Assembly (NCBI GenBank): GCA_963666205.1
Contig: OY762654.1
Span: 192,001-256,000 of the forward strand
Source: Synergistales bacterium
GTDB taxonomy: Bacteria > Synergistota > Synergistia > Synergistales > JAFGMB01
DNA length: 64,000 bases
Direction: 5' to 3'
The notes beneath the pieces are model-generated. The model saw only the letters and a list, made by a program, of their open reading frames with translations. It searched no databases and was not told the DNA's origin. Below, piece after piece: positions 37,736-49,981 of the stretch (the stretch's first letter is position 1; the number at the start of each line of letters is the position of its first letter). The position numbers and the translations under genes are program-made.

Positions 37736-38949
37736 CTACATAAGTGCCTGAATGGCACCGATAATAGGCATGAATACTGCGAAAACCACAAGGGCTACTA
37801 CTCCGCCTACAAAAAGCATCAATACAGGTTCGAGAATAGATGTCAGGCGTTTGATGTTTTCATCAAGCTCCAGCTCAAACCAGTCTGCAACCTTGTTGAG
37901 CATTTCATCCAGGTGACCGGTCTCTTCACCCACTGTTATCATGTGGGCCACCATGGCCGGGAATATCTTCATATCCATGGCTGCAGCTCCGAGGGAATGG
38001 CCCCTTCTGGCTGCAAGTCGCAGATCCTCAAAACCGGTCCTGACAACGGAATTATTTGAAACATTGGCGGTCATCTCCAGCGATGAAAGGATGGGAACCC
38101 CTGATTCCACCAATGTGGCCAGGGTTCGCAGTGCCCTTGCCATGATCGCCTTGTACATGATCATACCCACGATGGGTATCCTCAATTTGAAACGATCCAT
38201 GAGAGGCCTTGTACTGTCAAGTCTGTTCATTGCGACTACACCAACAACAAGAATAATAATAACCAATAAGAGTGATGTACCAATGTTCCTGTAAGCCAGA
38301 TGGAACTGCTGAACATTATCCTGGTAGACCAGGGAAGAGTTATCCCCATGCCGCTGTAAACCTGCTGGAACCTTGGTATAACAATGGTGATGAGGAGATA
38401 AAGAACAAATAAAGCTACGCTCATGACCACACTGGGATAGGTCAGGGCCGAGATGATCTTTTTGCGAAGGGCATCCTGCCTTTCAAGAAATCCCGCCAGC
38501 CTGTCAAGGGTCGTATCAAGAACTCCGCCTTCTTCACCAGCCCTCACCATGGATATCATCAGGGTATCAAATTCCTTGCGGGTCCTCATGGCCGCACTGA
38601 AGGGAAATCCCCTGTCCACAAGGGTCTTCACATGCTTGATGGCATCGGCGAAGCGTTTGTTCTTGGTCTGTCCGGCCAGGATCTGAAGGGAACCTGCAAG
38701 AGTAATACCTGCTGCGATCATGGTTGCCAGCTGACGGAAAAAGATGGCCTTGTCCTTAAGCTTGACCGTCGATATTTTCTGCATTTTGTCAAGGAGCGAT
38801 TCCTCGCCACCCCCGGCGAGCTGGGTGATGGATATGGGAACGTTACCCTGGGATCTCAGCCACGCTACCACCTGTCCCTGGGACTGGGCCTGGTAAGTAC
38901 CTGTTGTTTCTCCGCCATCTACTGTTCTGGCTTTGTATTGAAAATTCAT
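37736..38949 (-). pseudogene. pilC: Type IV pilus platform protein PilC, split by a frameshift near 38260-38295
   Basis: N-half has FFRQLATM, AGEEGG and ALTYP; C-half has VGEETG and LEP. The two ORFs overlap in different frames within the TM region. Confidence 0.85.
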
Positions 38950-39007
38950 ATCGGGGTTCCTCCACTTTCATTTCAATACATCTCTTCTTTTCTACAGGTA
39001 CGATGAA

Positions 39008-39016
39008 ATCATAGCA
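39008..39016 (-). promoter_or_regulatory. Extended -10 element upstream of pilC
   Basis: TGCTATGAT on the minus strand about 60 nt upstream of the pilC ATG. Confidence 0.4.
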
Positions 39017-39027
39017 CCGGAAAAGAA

Positions 39028-39050
39028 GGACTATAGGACTATATGGACTA
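39028..39050. repeat. Three direct copies of GGACTA
   Basis: GGACTATA GGACTATA TGGACTA; copies start at 39028, 39036 and 39045. Confidence 0.8.
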
Positions 39051-40145
39051 GGCTATGTTGGACTCAAAGACTATCCTTTGTAGGTCTTTTGGATCATATG
39101 CGTACTGAACAGCCAGATCATAGGGCAATTTCTGCTCTTTTACCTTCTGGGCAAGGTCCTGGTCCATAGAATGCATCATCGACTCCGATCCGGTCTGGAG
39201 AAGACTCTTTATCTGTCCGGTCTTGGATTCACGTATGCAGTTACGGACAGCTGAATTTGCAATGAGAAGCTCAGTGGCCACGACCCTCCCTCCTCCAGGC
39301 AGGGGAACAAGCTGCTGGGAGCAGATGGCGATAAGTATGGTGCTGAGCTGCTGCCTCACCTGCTGCTGCTGGAAGGGCGGGAAAACGTCTATTATCCGGT
39401 CTATGGTCTGTGCCGCATCCTGGGTGTGAAGGGTTGCAAGAACGAGATGGCCGGTCTCAGCTGCAGTAACAGCTGCTGAGATCGTTTCCAGGTCACGCAT
39501 TTCTCCGATCATTATCACGTCAGGGTCCTGCCTAAGTGCCCGTTTGAGGGCCTCGGAAAAGCTGTTGGTGTCGCTTCCCACCTCTCTCTGGTGGATGATA
39601 CATTTTTCACTTGTGAACATATACTCTATGGGGTCTTCTATGGTTATTACGTGGGCCCGTCGGGTGACATTTATCTGCTGTACAATGGCTGCAAGGGTTG
39701 TGCTCTTGCCATGACCGGTGGGTCCGGTTACGAGGAAGAGGCCCCTTCTCCTTGATGCGATATCATCAAGGAAAGTGGGAAGGAGAAGCTGTCGTGTAGA
39801 CCTGACCCTGTTGGGGATCATACGAAGGGCTGCGCCAAGGTTGCCCAGCTGATGGTAACAGTTTCCCCTGAAACGGGCACTTTCACCCTCGGAAGAATTG
39901 AAGGTAAAGCTGAAATCCAGCTCTTTCTTTTCCTTGAGGGCTGCTTTCTGTTCAGGGCTGACAATGGCATTGATAAGGTCATCCACATCTTTTGAGCTAA
40001 GGGGCGGTATATTCCCTACATTGTAGAGTTCGCCATCGATCCTCATGGCAGGAGTTATTCCTACGCTGAAATGAAGGTCACTGGCATTTCTTTTTACAAC
40101 TTCCGCAAGAAGAGCCTGCATACTCAGATTAGCCATCTGTTCCAC
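39048..40145 (-). CDS. pilT: Type IV pilus retraction ATPase
   Basis: ASDLH, GPTGHGKSTT, TIEDPIE, LRQDPD, AETGHLV, AVRNCIRE. Confidence 0.95.
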   Translation of the reverse strand: MEQMANLSMQALLAEVVKRNASDLHFSVGITPAMRIDGELYNVGNIPPLSSKDVDDLINAIVSPEQKAALKEKKELDFSFTFNSSEGESARFRGNCYHQLGNLGAALRMIPNRVRSTRQLLLPTFLDDIASRRRGLFLVTGPTGHGKSTTLAAIVQQINVTRRAHVITIEDPIEYMFTSEKCIIHQREVGSDTNSFSEALKRALRQDPDVIMIGEMRDLETISAAVTAAETGHLVLATLHTQDAAQTIDRIIDVFPPFQQQQVRQQLSTILIAICSQQLVPLPGGGRVVATELLIANSAVRNCIRESKTGQIKSLLQTGSESMMHSMDQDLAQKVKEQKLPYDLAVQYAYDPKDLQRIVFESNIA

Positions 40146-40153
40146 TCCCCCTA

Positions 40154-41899
40154 TTAATCAATGGTCGCCTGCATAACTTCTTCCAGGCTTGTAAGCCCTT
40201 CAAGGACCTTTCTTATTCCTGCTTCCCTGAGGGTACGCATTCCATTGGCGATAGCAACTTCCCTCAATTTACTCGATGGAGCATCATCAAGGACAAGTTT
40301 ACGTATATGTTCATCCACTTCCATTATCTCGAACAGTCCGGTCCGTCCTTTGTAACCCGTACCTCTGCAGGCATCACACCCAACTGGACGGAAAACCCTG
40401 CTATCTTCCGGAATACCTATGGATCGGCAGGCCTTGGGCGATAACAGTATCTCCTGTCGGCAATAAGGGCACAGCTTTCGGACAAGCCTCTGGGCAAGAA
40501 CGCATACGACAGAAGATGCTACCAGGAACGGGGCTATGTTCATATCCACAAGTCTGGCCATGGCACTGGGTGCGTCATTGGTATGGAGAGTGGAGAGAAC
40601 AAGGTGACCGGTAAGGGCAGCCCTGATTGCAAGCTGTGCTGTTTCCGAGTCACGGATCTCTCCTACCATAACCTTGTCCGGGTCCTGTCTTAATATTGAA
40701 CGAAGAGCGGCACTGAAGGAACGGCCAGCCCTTTCATCTACCTGGATCTGGTTTATGCCTGGAATGGTATATTCGACAGGGTCCTCTACAGTTATGATAT
40801 TGACTTCAGGGACATTGATCCTCTCGAGAACAGAGTAAAGGGATGTGGACTTACCACTCCCTGTAGGTCCCGTTACGAGGAGTATGCCGTAGGGTTTGTT
40901 TATGACCTTGTTGATGATCTTCATTTCTTCTTCATCAAAACCAAGTTTAGGGAGACCGACCATTGCATTTTCCTGGTCAAGAAGTCGAAGGACTATCTTC
41001 TCCCCGTAAATTGTGGGAAGGGAAGAAACTCGAAGGTCGATCCTCCGGTCAAGAACTTTTATAAGGATCCTTCCATCCTGTGGTTTTCGCCTTTCAGTAA
41101 TATCCATGTTACCCATTATCTTTATTCTCGAAGATACAGCCGGGTGAAGGTTGGCTGGAAAATCCAGTGAATCGAAACATAGTCCATCCACACGGTACCG
41201 GACACGGGTCAGTCTTTCAAAGGGTTCAATATGGATATCAGATGCACCTTCCAGGGCCGCCTGTTCCAGGACACCATTGACAAGCTGAATGACAGGTGCA
41301 TCATCAGCACTTGCATCGCTCTGGATCCGGGAGAGGTCAAGTTCAATTGATCCGCTGGATTCATCTACAACTTCTACCATGGCATTTTTGAGAGAACCCA
41401 TGACCTTGTAGAAGTTGGGAATTTCCCTTCTGATCTCGGAAGGGACTGCCAGGGTGAGTTCAACGTCCATTCCAGTGAGAACACGGAGTTCATCAATGGT
41501 AAGGAGGTTCAGAGGTTCAGCTATTGCTACTCTCAGGCGATTGCCTTCCAGAACGGAAAGGGGAACTATCTCCAGTCTTTCTGCAACAGCCATGGGGACA
41601 ACGCTGAGTGCTTCCGTCATTGGACGGTACCTGGCAAGGGATATCATGGGAAGCTGGAGCTGAGCACTCAAAGCTTCAGCCAATTGCCTCTCAGTGAGCC
41701 ATTCTCTTTCGATCAGAATTTCCCCTAAACGTTTGTGGGTCCTGTCCTGCTCTTTAAGGGCATCATCCAGCTGCTCGGAGGTAATAATACCGGCTTCTGT
41801 AAGTATATCCCCGATGAGGATGGGACGTATTCTCATTTCACTCTTTGTCAGGGTTTTTTGTTCAACTTCCAATTCTTCGTCCTGCAGTCTGTCTTCCAT
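40154..41899 (-). CDS. pilB: Type IV pilus extension ATPase (N-terminal MshEN-like repeat)
   Basis: IGDIL...RLGEIL, ASDIH, GPTGSGKST, LRQDPD, zinc motif CPYC...CDAC. Confidence 0.94.
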   Translation of the reverse strand: MEDRLQDEELEVEQKTLTKSEMRIRPILIGDILTEAGIITSEQLDDALKEQDRTHKRLGEILIEREWLTERQLAEALSAQLQLPMISLARYRPMTEALSVVPMAVAERLEIVPLSVLEGNRLRVAIAEPLNLLTIDELRVLTGMDVELTLAVPSEIRREIPNFYKVMGSLKNAMVEVVDESSGSIELDLSRIQSDASADDAPVIQLVNGVLEQAALEGASDIHIEPFERLTRVRYRVDGLCFDSLDFPANLHPAVSSRIKIMGNMDITERRKPQDGRILIKVLDRRIDLRVSSLPTIYGEKIVLRLLDQENAMVGLPKLGFDEEEMKIINKVINKPYGILLVTGPTGSGKSTSLYSVLERINVPEVNIITVEDPVEYTIPGINQIQVDERAGRSFSAALRSILRQDPDKVMVGEIRDSETAQLAIRAALTGHLVLSTLHTNDAPSAMARLVDMNIAPFLVASSVVCVLAQRLVRKLCPYCRQEILLSPKACRSIGIPEDSRVFRPVGCDACRGTGYKGRTGLFEIMEVDEHIRKLVLDDAPSSKLREVAIANGMRTLREAGIRKVLEGLTSLEEVMQATID

Positions 41900-41949
41900 A
41901 TATAGAATGCCTCCACTGAACGCTGATCATAAACGTGTACATCTAGGAA

Positions 41950-41978
41950 ACTATATCATTTTAAAGGGTCTTCATCAA
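41950..41978 (-). promoter_or_regulatory. Putative sigma70 promoter of pilB
   Basis: Minus strand TTGATG-17 nt-TATAGT with TGn extension; a second TGGTATAAT lies at 42031-42039. Confidence 0.55.
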
Positions 41979-42360
41979 ATAAAGTTTTTTCGTCTGTCAG
42001 AGCAGAGTATCACGTTGTAATATTTAGTTAATTATACCATGCAATCCAGGGATTACGCTATTTTCTCCTGAAAAGGATTATCTGAAATGCTGATCGGTGA
42101 ATCATAGATACCAGTTCAGAGGTGGTCAGATTGGGAATATTAAGAATGGGCAGCAAAAACGTTATTGCTGTTCAGACTGGTACACAAGTAGCATGCTCAG
42201 ATCTCATGCATGGTATCGGCAATGATAAGTTCAGACTGAGAGCAGTTTGTAAGTCTTGGAAACCAGAGTTATTGATCATTATTATCGTGTAATAACGGGG
42301 GATATGAGGGTTAATTTTATGTAGTTCAGGAAAGGGAGGTGTCAGGACAGCAAAAAAGGT

Positions 42361-42477
42361 TTCTGGCAGCGACCTACTCTCCCACGGATACCCTCCGCAG
42401 TACCATCGGCGCTGGAGGGCTTAACTGCCGGGTTCGGCATGGAACCGGGTGTACCCCCTCCGCTATTACCACCAGAA
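42361..42477 (-). rRNA. rrf: 5S rRNA
   Basis: CCGAACCCGGCAGTTAAG, GATGGTACT and GAGAGTAGG motifs; complementary ends. Confidence 0.97.
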
Positions 42478-42546
42478 ACCTTATTTAAATCTATACCCGT
42501 ACGGGTCAAGACAGAAGAACAAGGTGTTTTACTTAAATCAGTAGAA

Positions 42547-45540
<2,994 letters not shown>

Positions 45541-45621
45541 TTACATTCTACTGATTTAAGTAACTTCACCTATTCTGCTGTCAAGGTCCTGTACGGGAAA
45601 ACATATGTCCAGATAACATTC

Positions 45622-45696
45622 TGGTGGAGATGATCGGATTCGAACCGACGACTTCCTGCGTGCAAGGCAGGCGCTCTCCCACTGAGCTACATCCCC
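45622..45696 (-). tRNA. tRNA-Ala (TGC)
   Basis: Cloverleaf, anticodon TGC, G3:U70, CCA end. Confidence 0.97.
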
Positions 45697-45706
45697 ACTA
45701 TTTAAA

Positions 45707-45783
<77 letters not shown>

Positions 45784-45846
45784 AGAAAACGGTATATCAG
45801 AAAAAGCCAGCCATCATTTCGTGTTACATAAGCCCCTGAGGGCTCT

Positions 45847-47385
<1,539 letters not shown>

Positions 47386-47467
47386 ATCCTGTCTGGCTCG
47401 CTTAAATCTGATATACCGTATTCTTTTGCCAAGTTTCCGTTGCCCGCGCTGATGGGCAACAGCGAAG

Positions 47468-47496
47468 AATATACCACGGGTTTCTCAGTTATGCAA
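47468..47496 (-). promoter_or_regulatory. rRNA operon promoter
   Basis: Minus strand TTGCAT-17 nt-TATATT with TG extension and an A-rich upstream region. Confidence 0.65.
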
Positions 47497-47541
47497 GCCC
47501 TAAATCTCATTTTTGTTGAAAGATTTTTCCCTGTCCGGGAA

Positions 47542-47550
47542 TGGTATAAT
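47542..47550 (+). promoter_or_regulatory. Extended -10 promoter of the PBP1A gene
   Basis: TGGTATAAT about 100 nt upstream of the ATG. Confidence 0.5.
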
Positions 47551-47653
47551 TCTTCGTGTTTCGATATTATAAGCTTTACCCTCAAGTTTTGTCTACATCT
47601 ACCGGGCCATATCGGTATCAGAGGGTATTACGCTCTGCTACAGGAGGATCTAT

Positions 47654-49915
47654 ATGGGAAAGGCAAAGCATACTAAAAAAACTGGAAAGGCTACACATTT
47701 CTCTTTTTTACGATTTATTGTCTACAGCATCGTTTTCATCATCCTTGTTTCTGCGGCTGCGGGATTGATATATATATCTTTATATATAAAAAATGTTTCT
47801 GCAGATCTTCCATCTGATGACGAAATGCTTTTACACAAAGCAAGCAGAGCAAGTGTCATCTATGACAGGAATGGAGAGATCATAGCAAAGCTATTTCTTG
47901 AGAACCGGTCCCCTATCGTCCTGCAGGAGATATCCCCCTGGATGATCAAGGCTACCCTGGCTGCCGAGGATTCATCTTTTTATAAACACCCTGGCATGAA
48001 GATAACAGCGATTCTAAGAGCATTCTGGGTAGATATCATGCATCAGGATGTCCGGCAGGGGGGAAGCACAATCACCCAGCAGCTGGCAAGAAATCTTTTT
48101 CTGAGTCAGGAAAGGACTCTTGAGAGAAAGGCGAAAGAACTCATACTGGCAATAAGGCTCGAGGGACTCTTTTCAAAGGACAGGATACTTGAAATGTACC
48201 TTAACACCATCTATTTCGGTCATGGTGCATGGGGTATAGATACAGCATCCAAGACTTATTTCGGAAAGAATGCTTCTGATCTGACAGCTGCTGAAGCTTC
48301 CATGCTTGCAGGACTTATCGCAGCACCAAGCCGTTATACACCTCTGAGATCTCCAGAAAAAGCGAAACAGAGACAATCATACGTTATCCGAAGACTTCTG
48401 GACCTTGGATGGATATCAGAGGATGAAGCTCAAGACGCGATAAATGAAGAGATCATTTACAGACATACCCCTAACAAAGCTGAAGAATATAACAAGGCAC
48501 CATATTTTGTCTCTGACATTCTCTTCTCATCCCTTCTTCCAACATACGGGAAAGATGCCGTATACAAAGGCGGCATGGAAATACATACAACACTCGATCT
48601 GAGGCTGCAGGAAGCAGCTGACAGCGCTATCACTAAACTGAAGACCGAAGGAGCGATTATTGCGATCGACCCTGAAACAGGAGAGATCCTGGCAATGTCA
48701 GGGGGTAAGAATTTTAACCAGAGCAAGTTCAATAGGGCTGTCCAGGCATACAGGCAGCCGGGTTCTGCATTCAAGCCGATTGTATACGCTGCAGCTTTTG
48801 AGAATGGAATAATGCCTATTGACCATATTCTGGATGCACCCATATCATTTGATCACCAGGGTCCTGATGATGAAATATGGTCACCTGGAAATTACAGCGG
48901 TAATTTCCATGGAGAGGTTACTATAATAGAGGCACTTACTCATTCCTATAATACGGTATCAGTAAGGACAGCCGAGATGATAGGGATCGCGCCTGTCATT
49001 TCAATGGCACGTAGAACTGGAATAACTTCCCAGTATCTTCCTCACGATCTTTCTGCTTCTCTGGGAAGCGCCAGTATTACCCCCCTGGAACTTGCTGTCG
49101 TCTATTCATCTTTTGCAAATGACGGGAAACGGGTTCATCCCTTCTCTATCAGACACATAGAAGACAGGACAGGACAGGTGCTGGAATCCCATCAGCCAAT
49201 GGTCAGCCAGGCCATATCTCCTCAGACTTCGATGGTTATGAGATCACTCCTTATGGATGTGGTCAAAGCTGGGACCGGTCAGAGATGCAGGATCCCGGAG
49301 TATGACGTTTTCGGGAAAACAGGTACGACAAACGAATTTATGGATGCATGGTTCGCAGGTGGTGTACCTGGACTTGTAACAGTTGTCTATGCTGGGAACG
49401 ATGATCACAGTACCATAGGCAATAAAGCCACAGGAGGGGTAATTGCCGGACCAGTATGGAAGGATTTCATGGCAAGAGCAGTGGTTTTATTAAACCTTCA
49501 GAAGAAGTTTACAGTTCCTCCTGCCAGCGGAGTTCAGCTTGTAAGGATTTGCAGGGATACAGGTTATCTTGCCACTTCAGACTGTCCAGGAACTGATATA
49601 TACCTCCCCCTTGAAAATGTTCCTGAATCCTATTGTCCAACCCATGGAGGAGATACTTACCTTGCCCGGATTGACCCAAGGGCTCCCAGGATACTCCTTC
49701 TTCCGGACGATTCCGAACTCTATAGTCAATACAGAAAAGGATATAGTGGGAACAGATCCATGGATCAAGTTGCGGAAACAAGGGTGATACAGGGAAACAA
49801 GGCTCCGGAGCTTCCTGCAGAAAAAGTCGATCCTTATAAAAAGGATCCCAGTTCACCCGAAGAGATTGAGAAAAGGTATCAGGATCTGCTTAAACAGTAT
49901 GGAATTACAGATTAA
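47654..49915 (+). CDS. Class A penicillin-binding protein (PBP1A family)
   Basis: TM anchor; AED, QGGSTITQQL, RKAKE and YLNTIYFG (transglycosylase); SAFK, SYN and KTGT (transpeptidase). Confidence 0.95.
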   Translation: MGKAKHTKKTGKATHFSFLRFIVYSIVFIILVSAAAGLIYISLYIKNVSADLPSDDEMLLHKASRASVIYDRNGEIIAKLFLENRSPIVLQEISPWMIKATLAAEDSSFYKHPGMKITAILRAFWVDIMHQDVRQGGSTITQQLARNLFLSQERTLERKAKELILAIRLEGLFSKDRILEMYLNTIYFGHGAWGIDTASKTYFGKNASDLTAAEASMLAGLIAAPSRYTPLRSPEKAKQRQSYVIRRLLDLGWISEDEAQDAINEEIIYRHTPNKAEEYNKAPYFVSDILFSSLLPTYGKDAVYKGGMEIHTTLDLRLQEAADSAITKLKTEGAIIAIDPETGEILAMSGGKNFNQSKFNRAVQAYRQPGSAFKPIVYAAAFENGIMPIDHILDAPISFDHQGPDDEIWSPGNYSGNFHGEVTIIEALTHSYNTVSVRTAEMIGIAPVISMARRTGITSQYLPHDLSASLGSASITPLELAVVYSSFANDGKRVHPFSIRHIEDRTGQVLESHQPMVSQAISPQTSMVMRSLLMDVVKAGTGQRCRIPEYDVFGKTGTTNEFMDAWFAGGVPGLVTVVYAGNDDHSTIGNKATGGVIAGPVWKDFMARAVVLLNLQKKFTVPPASGVQLVRICRDTGYLATSDCPGTDIYLPLENVPESYCPTHGGDTYLARIDPRAPRILLLPDDSELYSQYRKGYSGNRSMDQVAETRVIQGNKAPELPAEKVDPYKKDPSSPEEIEKRYQDLLKQYGITD

Positions 49916-49925
49916 GTAATTATAT

Positions 49926-49976
49926 TCAAACCAAAAAGGTCCGCCCGTAAAAACCGGGCGGACCTTTTTGGTTTGA
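49926..49976. terminator. Bidirectional intrinsic terminator between convergent PBP1A and ppsA
   Basis: Perfect 22-bp inverted repeat TCAAACCAAAAAGGTCCGCCCG / CGGGCGGACCTTTTTGGTTTGA, 7-nt loop. Confidence 0.88.
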
Positions 49977-49981
49977 TATAG

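Noticed and set aside
42114..42238. CAGTCTGAA as a Neisseria-like DNA uptake sequence, or the repeats as a mini-CRISPR
   Set aside because: Only two full copies, not visibly dispersed through the window; the repeats are too short and no cas genes are present.
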